DNA of 64,000 nucleotides from the human T2T-CHM13v2.0 reference genome, Homo sapiens: assembly GCF_009914755.1 (NCBI RefSeq), contig NC_060930.1; one strand, given 5' to 3'. Below, piece by piece: positions 1 to 14,432 of the stretch. The position numbers and the translations under genes are program-made. Each line of letters begins with the position of its first letter. Position 1 is the first letter of the stretch. The notes below the pieces were generated by a model. That model did not search any database, was not told the origin of the DNA, and worked only from the letters and a program-made list of their open reading frames with translations.

Positions 1-44
1 TTTATTGACCATATATTGATTTCCTCTTTTGTGAAGTGTTTTTT

Positions 45-263
45 CTTTTGTTTTTAGAGAAAGGGTCTCACTCTGTCACTCAGGATGGAGCACAGTGGTG
101 TGCTCATAGCTCACTGTAACCTCGAACTTTCTGGGCTCAAGTGATCCTCCCGCCTCAGCTTCTGGAACAACCAGGATTACACATGCACACCACCATACCC
201 AGCTACTTTTTTGTTGTTTTTTTTTCGTAGAGACAGAGTCTCACTTACGTTGCCCAGGCTGGT
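45..263 (-). mobile_element. AluJ, partial
   Basis: Alu consensus similarity. Confidence 0.8.
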
Positions 264-339
264 GAAATTATTTTTCTTCTGTCCATTTTTCTACTGTATT
301 GTCTTCTAACTGAATTTGCAATATTTGCAAATATTCTCT

Positions 340-1430
340 CCCCTTGTACAGGTTAAATAGTTGCAAAACATACAGGTAAAATATCCATAAATATTTCCTC
401 CCATTCTACAGGTTGTCTCTTCACTCTGCTGCTTGTTTCCTTTGCTGTGTAGAAGCCTTTTATTAGATTGGTGCAAAAGAGAGATTTTTGCTGTTTAAAA
501 GAAAAAAAGGCAAAAGCCACAATTACTTTTGCACCAACCTAACAGTTTAATCTAGCCCCATTTGTCTATTTTTGTTTTGTTGCCTATGCTTTTGAAGTCT
601 TAGCCATAAGATCTTTGCCTAGACTAAAGTCGAGAAGCATCCTCCCCTCATTTTCTTCTAGTAGTTTTATAATTTGGGGTCTTACATTTAAGTCTTTAAT
701 CCACTATGAGTTTGATTTTTTTATTATGTGATTGATAGTGGTCTAGTTTCATTCTTCTGCATATGGATATCCAGTTTTCCCAGCACTATTTATTGAAACA
801 GGTGTCCTTTCCCCCATGTAGGTTCTTGACACCTCTGTCAAATTTAGTTGACTATGAACACATGGATTTATCTCTGCTATTTTCTAATACCTTTACAGGT
901 TTCTATATAGGACTTTAGTCTACTTAAATGTGGCTACTTCGTAGGAGTTCAAATGTATACCCAATGTCCCAGTAGCATTTCTTGAAAAGCTGACTCCTTC
1001 CCCATTCTGCAGAGCCATGCTCACAAATCAAGTGTCCACAGACGTATAGATCAGTTTGGGGATCTCTGTTCTGTTCCATGGGTCTACTGATTTGGTGTTA
1101 TAAGTCAAGACATATGATAGGGCTCTCCAACCTTGTTCTTCTTCTAAAGTGTGTTACCTACTTGGTCCTATGCGTGTTTATATAAATTATAGATTCAGCT
1201 TCAAGGTATACACACATACACAACCTGTTTGATTTGGATTGGGACTGTATTATAGCTAGAAATCAACTTGGGGATAAATTTACATCTTTACAATATTGCG
1301 GTTTCTAAACAATGAATACGATTTCTATTTTCTTGGGTCTTCTTTAATATCTCTCAATAAAAGTTTACAATTTTCTCTATAATGGTCATGCATACACATA
1401 CTCTACTAGGTTTATTCCCAGATACTGATT
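340..1430 (-). mobile_element. Old L1 ORF2 3' fragments
   Basis: Typical antisense L1 text (ctagtttcattcttctgcatatggatatccagttttcccagcac); boundaries approximate. Confidence 0.75.
463..542. mobile_element. MADE1 (Hsmar1 MITE) nested in L1
   Basis: 80 bp; TIRs TTAGATTGGTGCAAAAG...CTTTTGCACCAACCTAA; TA on the left flank. Confidence 0.85.
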
Positions 1431-2297
1431 CTAAGTACCTTTAGCATCATCCTTTAAACTGCTGCTAGAGTTGGATTTCTGAAACCTAAATCTGATTAGG
1501 TTTCATTGTTTAAAATCTATCAGTGTCTCTTTCCCCCTGCTTAGATGATCAAGTCCAAATTCCTTATCATGACACATTCGGCCATAACTTATCTTTCTAG
1601 TCTCACTCTCTTGCATGTACTGTACCTTCAAGATACTCCAAACATTACCAGCTGATTCCCTCTTTCATGCCTCTTGTACATGCCAGTCCCTCCAACTGGA
1701 ATGATCTCCTTATCTATCTCCTGCCGATTTCTATTAATCTTTCAAGATTAGACAAATGATACCTTCCTAAGAAAGGCTTCCCTGTTTCCCTAAGAAGAAC
1801 CAGCCGTCCCTTTCTTTCAGCTGGATCTTCAAAAATGGGTAATATGGAAGGGCATTTAAAGTAGAAGAAAAGAGTATAAACAAAGGCATTGGAGCAAAAG
1901 AATATAGGGGATTCAATTTTGCTAAAGTATGAAAGGAAGTAGTAAGAAATAATACCGGTAAGTTATATTGGTATCAAAGCACACAGTGATTTTCAGAGGG
2001 TTCCATATTAAACAATAAAGATTTCCTAAGTTAACAAAGACAGAAAAACCAAAGGATTTTAGATATGGTCAAACGTGTACTTTAGGAAGATTAACGTGGC
2101 TATGTTACATAAGATAAACTGATAGAGAGCAGGAGGAGGATGGGAATCCAGGAGACTAGATAGGAAACTTAGTACAGTTCAAATAAGAGGCAATGAAAAC
2201 TGAACTAAGGAAACAGTAAAGGGAATGAAGAGGAAGACATGAGTTAGACACCAAATAGGAAAAACGTACAGAATCTGGGAACTAAAAACATGTGTAA

Positions 2298-2578
2298 GGC
2301 AGGGCATGGTGACTCACACCTGTAATCCCAGCACTTTGGGAGGCTGAGGCAGACGGATCACTTGAACTTAGTTCAAGACCAGCGTGAGCAACACGGTGAA
2401 ACCCCATCTCTACTAAAAATACAAAAATTATCTGGGTGTGGTGGTGCACACCTGTAGTTCTCAGGAGGCTGAGGTGGGAGGAATGCCTGAGCCCAGAAGG
2501 CAGAAGTTGCAGTGAGCTGAGATCACGCCACCGCACTCCAGCCTGGGTGACAGAGAGACTCCATCTCCAAAAAAAAAA
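2298..2578 (+). mobile_element. AluS
   Basis: Dimer with A tail; atgtgta repeated on both flanks. Confidence 0.9.
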
Positions 2579-2757
2579 GATGTGTAGTGAGAGCATGGGA
2601 GAGAAAATCTAAGAGGTAATGGTAAAATTTCAAGCATGGCTGAAATGACTGTAGTATCATTAACAGAATTACACGTTGGTTCTGAAAAGATGATAGATCA
2701 GATGGTGACGTCCAACTGGGTATTAGAAAGGTACAACTAAAGGTCAGACTACATTTA

Positions 2758-3033
<276 letters not shown>

Positions 3034-3301
3034 TTATATATAGGTAAAGATTAAAATAATAGGTTCTGTGGAGACTGGCAAGAGGAAAATTGAGGACAGA
3101 GCTTAGAAAACACCTATATTTATGTGTATAGAGATAAAGGAGGATTGTGTAGGATGAAAATGTAGTGATAGGACTGAAACAGTTAAGAGAATAATATGCA
3201 ATAATGAATGCCAAAGGCAAAGAATTTCTAAAGGGAAGAATGCTGCAGAGGAGGTCAAGAAGACTGAGGAGTGAGATGTCTCTGTTAACAATGAGATCAC
3301 T

Positions 3302-3642
<341 letters not shown>

Positions 3643-4930
3643 TTAAGGAACAGTTTTTAAAACAGAATGGAGGCATGCCAGGGGTTTATGGGATGATTCT
3701 TTGGAAAATTTCAGACTACCATTTATTTAATTGAATCCTTTGTTATATTTCTATTTTTTATACATGTACTTGTAATGTATGTACTATATTAGTGGTTAGA
3801 GAAGATGATCTATCTGGATTTCTGCTGAACTTGTTGCTATTTAGACAAACTATAATAAATAATTCATCCAAAAGTGATAGCTGAAATTAAGTGCTCAAGT
3901 ATTACAACACAAAAACACTTTCTGAAACATGATCTTCAGGAAATACTAACTTCAATCTCTAATAGTAAAAATATAATAAGGTCTTCAGTATCCCAGCAGA
4001 CTGTGCTTTGACTACAGATTCTATATCTGTCATAATAAAAATTAATATTTTAAAAAATAGACCAAATATAAGCTTTCTCACACATCTTAATTTCCTTTAC
4101 AATAGTACTAGTAGAAATAAGGCAATCTACTAACTGCAAAATGGTTTTACTAATTATAAAGTTACTTTGAAATTAAAGATCAAGAAACTAAATTATTTTT
4201 CTGTTACTAATGAAAAATTCAAAACAAATTAACAATGATATTCAAAGCAGAAATATTTCCACAATCTCATGTGTACATTCTATGCCAGTTTTATAGCCAA
4301 CAATTAAACTTTAAATAAAATTCATGTACAGAAGTACCATGAAATGAAATTTGCTCAGAATGACAGATTAATTCAAGTTAATTAAAAGCTAGTTTATACA
4401 AAGTTTACTTACCTAAATAACTACTACAAGTGACCCAAAAATTAGGTTTTAAGGAATATTTGTAATGCTTTATAATACAAAATGAGGAAGAGCATGATAT
4501 AACTTAAAGACGTGGAAAAATGCAACTGTCTTAAACTAAGTTAAATGTTAACAGATCTAGTCTTTTTGAGATATTTAATGACAAATTTCAAATAACACAG
4601 CTATTCATATACTGTATGATGAAAACACTGATTCGCATATGCTAAAAATACCATCTCTACTTTTCTTATATTTAAATTTAACAAAATAAATTTATAAATA
4701 CATTGACTAATGTAATTTTCTGTGATGACAAATGGCTAGAAGTGACTGCTTAAATAATCAGAACTCAAAATGGACAGATTAAGGTCAGCATCTGACAATT
4801 TATCTCTAAATGCAGAAATAAGGGCCCTCGGAGTTTACCATAGGCTATACTATATATTTTTCTAAGTTAATCTGAAAATGCTGATTCTTTTCAGCTTATT
4901 ATCTTATAATGATTCTTTAAATTGACTTAC

Positions 4931-5042
4931 CAAGATTTACATCTGGTAGTATCTTATCAAGAAATTGTGTTTCCCCACCATTAGGGGAAAGAAAGTCTGC
5001 CAGAAGTTGACTATTACTCAGTTCTGGATGCTGCAGAAGTTT
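4931..5042 (-). CDS. SNX14: SNX14 exon 21 (112 nt) [37 protein letters not shown]
   Basis: tcaag| acceptor, |GTAAGT donor. Confidence 0.95.
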
Positions 5043-5199
5043 CTTGAATGAACAAAAAAAACGGAAAACACAGTTTAGAAATCTAGAGGAGTAGTCAAAA
5101 CTGTATTTTAATTTCTTTAAATTTTAAATCCCCAAAAGCTACTTTATATTTAAAATAATAACAAAGCAACTGCATTTTTAGAGGGAAGAATATAGGATA

Positions 5200-5415
5200 G
5201 TAGGTAAGACCTTGGCCTTTATAGTCAGATATGAATGGGTTCGAATCCTGGCTCTTCCACATGCTAGCTAAGTGCCACTAGAAAAGTTCCTAAATTGCCC
5301 AAGAGTCAGTTTCCTAACTTATAAAATGAGAATAATGACACTACCTATAGTATTGTTATATAAAGCATTTAGCACAGTATCTGACACACAGGAAGTAAAA
5401 CTAAACATTAGCTAC
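5200..5415. mobile_element. MIR
   Basis: gggttcgaatcctggctct...tcagtttcct...aaaatgagaataat MIR core. Confidence 0.75.
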
Positions 5416-5592
5416 TATTATTTCCAGTTTCTCAACTATAGAAAAAAATGATAGCATGATACAGCTGTCCTGATAAATTTTTAAAAGTCGGCATAAAGGG
5501 TTTTGCAGAAAACTAGATGGGGAAATGTGAAATAACTTGAAAAATCTGTTGTCTGTTCTTCCTGCAACACTGTTTTCTAATAAGATAACATG

Positions 5593-5899
<307 letters not shown>

Positions 5900-7066
5900 A
5901 CTTTTAAAAGCCAAAATTAACCCAGTCTTAATAGTTTCCTAACTATGAAAGTCACAAAACTTTATAAGCAGAAATCTACATTAAAAATTTAATTTAAATC
6001 CATATTACAAGAAAATATTTCTTCCAGAGTGAAGTACTCTAGTTTGTAGAAATAATTAGCTGGTTCAAATAATGAGTTAATAGTATCAACAAAAACATAG
6101 CTTTGTGTTTTAACCAAACATCCTTGCAGTAGTTAATTATTATTTCATATTTCAATTTTCATATCACCAAAAATTTATACAGAAGATACCTATATATATA
6201 TATTTTTTTTTCAACTTAGGGTTGAAAGCATTCAACAGTTCAGAGACAGGAAATAAAGTGTAAATACTCCTTTATACTGCTGAGTATTTTTAATTTAAAA
6301 GTCTTTCTTTTTGGCTAGGAAGCATCCAAATTTAACTGAATGAAAAATTCTTAAAAAATATAAAATTCCATGCCCAAATAAAGTATTTTTTTAACAAATT
6401 GAAAGTATCCTCCCTTGTAAGCACTTGATAAAGAAAGATGTTTATTAGTCTTGGAGAGCCTGATGTCTCAAGTAACTTTTATGATGACTGTACCATGTAT
6501 TTAAATAATACACCCATACATTTTAACATAATGTAACGTGCACACACTGAGAAAAATGGAATTCAACTCCACGTAGCAAATAGTAGAGTTGATCCCAGGA
6601 AATTGGAAAAATATCTATAAACCCAAAAGAAAAGGGACTGAGGAATAACATAGGAGAGAAGACTCCAAAGTTCAGAAAAAGCTAAACACAAAAATCAAAC
6701 AGAAAACAGAACAAACAGTAACAAATATTCTAAGAATACTATCCAGTATTCTTCAAATGCATCTAATCTTTTACACCAAGTTCCTTTTTTTAATGTCCTA
6801 TACAAAGTTGTAACTAGCCTAAAACTAAGTAAAGATTTTTCTTCCCCTAAGAAAATATCTTGCATTTCATTCAATTTGGAGGGAGGGTAAGTAATATACT
6901 TTTGACAAAAATTCATTCTAAAATTCACAAGGAAAAATATTTTCTAAATTAAAATCTACATGGACAGGTATTTATAAACCAAAGAACATATACACAAGAG
7001 AAAAAGAGACAAATTAGAGAATGCTATGATTAGCAACATTTGGAATTAATACAGTTGATGTTATAC

Positions 7067-7167
7067 CTGTAGATATTCTTGGAACTCTTCCCTCTTTGAC
7101 TTTAAGAATTCATAATTTTTGGGGCCAATGATCCTCTTAGAAGGAAGCTGGGCATCAGGAAATGCAC
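7067..7167 (-). CDS. SNX14: SNX14 exon 20 (101 nt) [33 protein letters not shown]
   Basis: tcag| acceptor, |GTATAA donor; PX LPxK motif. Confidence 0.95.
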
Positions 7168-7578
7168 CTGAAATTAGTATATATTATAGTTATTACTGTG
7201 TTCTGCTACTATTTTTAAAACCTTAAATTAGGTTTTAAAATTTACTATGGCACATTCAGATTAGCAATACTGCCTTGTACAGATGTGACATTACTCTTTG
7301 AAAATCTTCACAAAACCAGAGAGCTTCAAGTCAGAAGTCCAGACCAAAGAACTTGAGTCTACTGATAAACAAAATATTACTCTTGTAACAATCACTGTTT
7401 GACACAGATTTTTTGGCTTTCTATCCTAGTAAAACAGCTTCAAAAAATTATTATGAGATTTTTTTGAAATTGGTGAGATTCTACTAGACAAAACCTTACT
7501 AAAGAAATAACTAATTTCTCACAGGGAAAAAAGATAGCATCTTGTCAATGCTATATAAATGGCTTAAAATCACAATGT

Positions 7579-8060
7579 AGGCTGGGTGCAGTGGTTCACA
7601 CCTGTAAGCCCAGCACTTTGAGAGGCCACAGCGAGCAGATCACTTGAGGTCAGAAGTTCAAGACTAACGTGATATAAAACCCCATCTCTACTAAAAATAC
7701 AAAAAAATTAGCCAGGCGTGGTGGTAAATGCCTGTAATCCCAGCTACTTAGGAGGCTGAGGCAGGAGAATCGCTGGAACCTGAGAGGTGGAGGTTGCTGG
7801 GAGTTGAGAGCACACCACTGCACTATAGCCTGGGTGACAGAGTGAGACTCACCTCAGAAAAAAAAAAAAAAGGCCACCAACATGATGAAACCCTGTCTCT
7901 ACTAAAAATACAAAATTAGCTAGGTGTGGTGGCACATGCCTATAATCCCAGCTACTCGGGAGTCTGAGGCAGGAGAATCACTTGAACCCAGGAGGCAGAG
8001 GTTGCCAAGATCTCTGTGGTGAGCCAACATCGTGCCACTGCACTGCAGCCTGAGCAACAA
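7579..8060 (+). mobile_element. Full Alu followed by a 5'-truncated Alu
   Basis: Alu 7579-7871, then a second copy starting near ccaacatgatgaaaccc. Confidence 0.88.
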
Positions 8061-8222
8061 GAGGGAAACAAGGAAATGAAGGAAGGAAGGAAATAAGGAA
8101 ATGAAGGAAGGAAACAAGGAAACGAAGAAGAAAGGAAGGAAACAAGGAAACGAAGGAAGAAAGAAAGGAAGGAAACAAGGAAATGAAGGAAGGAAACAAG
8201 GGAAGGAAGGAAGGAAGGAAGC
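8061..8222 (+). repeat. GA-rich (GGAA/GGAAACAA) simple repeat from an Alu tail
   Basis: Seen directly. Confidence 0.95.
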
Positions 8223-8996
8223 AAGCATGAATGTGCTTTCTCAGATAGGGCTGGCTTTAGAAATTTTAGCATCAAAAAAGAAAAGTATGGAGATAAATTG
8301 TCTTCTCTCAGCCTTAAACAAAAAAAGTAGTTTTCAGAGAAAGAACGAGGATGGTACTGCACCAGATTGGTAGAGAGAAAGATAAAACCATTTGAACACA
8401 AGTACAAACTCAAAATCTATGCAAAAATATGGAGTGGGACCTTATATTCTTTATCTTCCTATAATAATCATCCTTATCACAGGCTTTGCTCTTACAGCAG
8501 GGACAGGAACGTTCCTTACCCTTCTCAATAAAAACCAACCTGAATTTGGATCAGGGGACACTCTACAGAGCTTTTCTAAAATAAAAAGATTTAGAACACA
8601 CAAATAAAATTCACCAAGCTAAATACAAAAAAAAATAGCTGGAAATTCTTTATAACTATATCCTTGATATTAACCAAAATAAATACATTGATGAGACAGG
8701 AAGAACGAAAAAGAGTAAATAGAGAACCCTTTCTAAAATATAGTTTTAAAATAGCTATTTTTAAATTTTGATTTTATTTAAAAAAAGCATAAATGTACAT
8801 TGCAAGAACTTTAAATATACAGATAAATAAAAATAAGATAAACAGTACATTTCCGTTATCAATGAAAGTATACACAAGCATCAATGTTGTATTTCTTGTA
8901 TTTCAATTACTTAAAATAAAAAAATTAATCTGGTGTCATAGTTTTAAAGAATGCTAATGCTGAAATGTAATGTTTTATCCAAAAAGAATAACATAC

Positions 8997-9080
8997 CATG
9001 AAATTCTGTTAGTTTTGATTCAAGTACATAGAATTCAAGATATCTTCTATAGACAGACCAATGTTCAGGCTCGTGTCCAA
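8997..9080 (-). CDS. SNX14: SNX14 exon 19 (84 nt) [32 protein letters not shown] motif
   Basis: acag| acceptor, |GTATGT donor. Confidence 0.96.
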
Positions 9081-9166
9081 CTGTAAATTGAGTACACACA
9101 CACTGAGTAACAAATAATTTCAAAACCTAAAAGAATGCCATATTTAAAACATTAAGAATACAAAGC

Positions 9167-9565
<399 letters not shown>

Positions 9566-9779
9566 TTACCTAGAAGTGACTGATAAATTTCATCTATTTA
9601 TGAAGTTATCTCAAATATACTTTTTCTATAACAGAATCAGAGCTGACAGAAACTTTAAAATATCATGCAATTATGATTATTTTTAAAATATCACCAAAAT
9701 GATGTATTTCATAAGTTTTTTTTATTGATTTGGGGTTTCTCAAATATTTACCATATTGTCCTAATTTAATATAGTATAG

Positions 9780-10205
9780 AGCAGTACTATCCAATAGAAC
9801 TTTCTGCAGTTACGAAGATGCTCCATGGATCTGCATTAATATAGTAGCTACTAGCCACATGTTGCCACTGAGTACTTGAGAGGCAGCTAATGCAACTAAA
9901 GAACTGAAATTTTAATACAATTTAATTTGATTTTAATTACCACATGCAGCTAGTGGCTACTAAATTGGGCAGCACATAGTAATGGTTTAAAGAGTAAGTC
10001 TGGAATCAGACTGCCTGTTCTAATCCCAGTTAACCCCACCCCCATTTACCATGTGGCCTTGAACAAATAACACCACTGTATCTTACAGTGCTTAGATGTA
10101 GAATAACAATAATTGTGTCTATCACATAAAATAATCCACATAAAGCACTTCTGTACAGTGCATAGCACAGAGTAAATACCTCATAAATGTTAACTGTTAT
10201 TGTTA
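9780..10205. mobile_element. MER3-like hAT element followed by MIR
   Basis: tccaatagaactttctgc...tagccacatg...ctagtggctac motifs, then a MIR-like tail. Confidence 0.7.
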
Positions 10206-10548
10206 ACATCTAACATCAATCTACCATAGATTTGAGAATGCAGTAGATCGAGTGAACCAATACCACAATCATCCAAAACAACACTTCTTTCTATTTAGAA
10301 AAAACCAACCTGATCACAACATATAAAGCAAATCGTAGTTTTCTTCAACACTGGTCTTAAAAGATCCATAGCATATTTAGGCTAGGTTTTTAATGCTGAA
10401 ATTGTTATTTTGTTATCCGTATAAAATCAATATACTAAATGATATACTTTTTTTCTCCCTCATAATCATGGTTTCTAAGAGCACATTACATTGACAGTAG
10501 AAGTCTGCAGCACTGTTGACAAAAATTATCTTTAAAATACAAGCTTTT

Positions 10549-10870
10549 GGCCCAGCACAGTGACTCACACCTGTAATCCTAGTACTCTAGGAGGCCAAGG
10601 CAGGAAGACCGCTTTGAGCCCAGGAGTTTGAGACCAGCCTCAGCAACATAGTGAGACCTTTTCTCTACAAAAAAATTTTAAAATTAGCTGGGCGTGGTGA
10701 CATGCACCTATAGTCCCAGCTACTCAGGAGGCTGAAGTGGGAGGATCACTTGAACCCGGGAAGTTGAGGCTGTAGTGAGCCACAGTCATGCCACTGCACA
10801 CCAGCTTGGGCAACAAAGCAAGACCCTCTCTCAAAAAGAAAAAAAATTAAATTAAAAAATAAAATAAAAG
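10549..10870 (+). mobile_element. AluJ
   Basis: Alu dimer with J-type features. Confidence 0.88.
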
Positions 10871-11672
10871 TTTTAAGATTTTTTGGTTTTTATTTTTGAA
10901 TTACTGAGCCATGAACTATTATAATTTATGTTAAATGATTAACCTTTTAAGATAAAGCATAAAAATTAAAAATAGTTGTCTTAAAGCAAAAACAAAAGTA
11001 TATTCCAAACAAAACTAAGTTTGATATGGAAATCTGACTCTATTATTGACAATGGTTTAGCTGTCCACCTGTCAGAATGCTGAAAGAACAGCAACTACTA
11101 AGACTGAACAGCAACTCCAGCAAAATCAGGCAGTATGGTCTAAGACCTGGACAGAAGATGCTGCCTGATATTTAATTATGACAGGAAAAATTATAACTAG
11201 CTACTCTGGGCATTCTTCCCTCCCAATTCCTATGTCTCATGTTCTTGAAACAGGATCAACTTCTGAGGAAAATCAGAAAACCTAATACTTTTTGAAAAAT
11301 AAGTAAGAATAATTAGCACTGATCTTCACACTACTACTTAGTTATCCTCTCAAAACCACTTTCTAACATTGCCACTTTTTTTCCTTCTTTCCTCATAACT
11401 CCCTCTTCCTGAGCTCAACTTTATTTTCTGCTCATCATTCTCTAAATGTGGTGCTTTTCGTTACACTCACTGCCCCACTTCTTGGAAAAAGTGCAAAGTG
11501 GTGACTATTTTATTTTTTAATTTGATTTCTTTTTATCAAGTTACAAGTAGGACTTTAAAGTGGTGACTGTTTATCCTGCTACATACAGATACTGTTAAAC
11601 CCGGTCTCTATTACAGTCTATACCTGACATAACCGAAAGAAAAAATATGTCAAAACATGAAGAAGCTTGTAA

Positions 11673-12007
<335 letters not shown>

Positions 12008-12403
12008 TAATTAGCCCACAAAATGGGTGAGAGAAAACGCTGTCTTAATTAAACTAGAATAATACCTGATACAGTGCTATATGGATTAATGATAATTAAG
12101 TAAGTGCAATGGCTAATGATGGCAACAAAACCATTAAAAGAACATTGCATTGAATGCCTGATGGACTGTCAGGTGTCTAGCAGGCATCACTCAATAAGTG
12201 TTGATTGAATTAGTTAATTAGTTACTGCTATGAAGATAACCTAGGACATCCTAAGCTTTCTTTCAATTTTCTGTTCTGGACACTTCTCTTTTGGATATGC
12301 AGCCATATTTGTTAGTTAGAAGTGGCAAAATGTTTATCATACCTGATAACAACAGACTCATTCATGGGCATCTTTTAAGAAAGGTGCTCAGAAAGCTTCC
12401 TAC

Positions 12404-12605
12404 CTGCTCTTCTATCATTTCTTTCAACATCAATACAAAACACAGGAATTCTTTCTTTTTTCTCCTTCCTTTCAGAGGAGGGATCCTCAAAAAAGTCTAC
12501 ATATGGAATGCTAATTTTCCATGCAGCAAGGTTTCGGGGAGTATTAGGTGTGCTCACAGCCTCCACTGGAGAATCATCTTCCATTACAACAATACCTTCT
12601 TCAAT
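12404..12605 (-). CDS. SNX14: SNX14 exon 18 (202 nt) [11 protein letters not shown]...ERNDRRA, start of PX
   Basis: Inside ORF 12375..12674; ccag| acceptor, |GTAGGA donor. Confidence 0.96.
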
Positions 12606-12837
12606 CTGGAAAAAAATTACCAGGATGAATTTAATATTCCCAATACCTTTAGAACTACAGCATATGAGATACAAGTATAAAGTAATATGCCCATATCAAT
12701 TGATAATTTTTAAGACCCTGAAAGCTAGGTGATATTAAATTTTCTACTGAAAAAGTAAAGGTAAAAAGTTAAAAACTAACAAGTTACTAGCATCAACTCC
12801 AAGTTTTCTTACATCATCTGTATATGAAAATATAATA

Positions 12838-13070
12838 GGCCGGGGACAGCGCCTATAATCCCAACACTTTCAGAAGCTGAGGTGGGAGGATTGCTTGGGC
12901 CCAGGAGTTTGAGACTAGCCTGGGAAACACAGAGCAAGTAGGCACTGCTGCCAAATGATCACAACAAGGGTTCTGAAAGATAATGTCAGGCTGGGCGCAT
13001 TGGCTTTCACCTGTAATCCCAGCACTTTGGGAGGCCAAGGTGGGTGGATCACCTGAGGTCAGGAGTTCAA
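12838..13070 (+). mobile_element. Alu left-monomer fragment plus a TSD-flanked 5' Alu stub (12989-13070)
   Basis: Alu similarity; aagataatgtc repeated around the stub. Confidence 0.8.
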
Positions 13071-13833
13071 GATAATGTCTCCTAAGTCTCCAATAAGACA
13101 TCCTAAATGTCCATCTTAGGATCACAAACCAATTTAGGATCACTCGGCAGTGAAACTGGAAACTTCTCTTTTCCCTCAACTTCCTAAACAAGACAAAGAG
13201 GATTCCCCAAGGTCCCACGGCTTAGAACTAGCACAGTGTCTTCTAAATTCTAAATGGCATCATCTTAGTCTGCGTTAGCACCTTACTGTCCCTGAGTTTT
13301 CCCTTGATAGTATTAAACATTAGTTTGCCTGCTTCTCCAACTTTCTGTTACTACTATCTTTAATCCCAATCAAGAATTTCCTTCTTCCTTGGGTCACTAT
13401 AAAACAAAGCAAACTCTCTCAGCTTTTTAAAGATAGCCTCCTATTCCTAAAGCTAAAGTACAACTTGTGTATCAAGCAATTGGGAAGGCAAAAAATAAAA
13501 AATACATCTTCTTCCACAAAAAATTATGTTTTAAAAGTTCATAATAACACGGTTAAATACTTTTGTTATAATATCGAATAGAGAAAAGATAGCAAACTAT
13601 ATATAAAATGTAGTCTACAGGGGTGAAAAGGGAAAGTTTTTTTTTTTTTTTTTTAAAGAAAATCACCAAACTATTAATAGAAGCGGTTTCTGGGTGGTAG
13701 ATATGCACGTACGTGGCATTTAAATTTTTTCCACTGTTCTATATTATTAAAAAACTGAGAATATGCTTAAAATTAGAAAACATAAACATTATTTTGAAAA
13801 AGACTTTCTCTGATCTACTTTCTTCTATCCATA

Positions 13834-14119
13834 CTTTTTTTTTTTTTTTTTTGAGACAGGCTTTTATTCTGTTACCCAGGCTGTAGTACAGTGACACAAA
13901 CATGGCTCACTGCAGCCTTGACCTCCTGAGCTCAACTAATCCTCCCAAGTAGCTACGACTACAGTTGGGCACCATCACACCCAGCTAATTTTTTAATTTT
14001 TGTAAAGACAGGGTCTCACCATGTTGCCCAGGCTGGTCTTGAACTCCTTGGCTCAAGCAATCCTCCTGCCTCAGTTTCCCAAAGTACTGAGATTACAAAT
14101 ATGAGCCACCACACCCAGC
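13834..14119 (-). mobile_element. AluJ
   Basis: Poly(T) plus Alu body. Confidence 0.88.
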
Positions 14120-14138
14120 ATAAAACTACCCACACCAA

Positions 14139-14432
14139 GGCTGGGTGCAGTGGTTCACGCCTGTAGTCTCAACACTTTGGGACTACAGGTGGGTGGATCA
14201 CGAGGTCAGGAGTTCAAGACCAGCCTGGCCAACATGGTGAAACCCCATCCTTACCAAAAAAAACCACAAAAATTAGCTGGGCATGGTGGCGGGCGCCTGC
14301 AACCCCAGCTACTCAGGAGGCTGAGGCAGGAGCCCGGGAGGCGGAGGTTGCAGTGAGCTGAGATCGTGCCATTGCACTCCAGCCTGGGTGACAGAGCAAG
14401 ACTCCGTCTCAAAAAAAAAAAAAAAAAAAAAA
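14139..14432 (+). mobile_element. AluS
   Basis: TSD actacccacac. Confidence 0.9.

Noticed and set aside
7920-8413. F/L/P/S-rich and K/E/G-rich ORFs
   Set aside because: They come from the (GGAA)n simple repeat.
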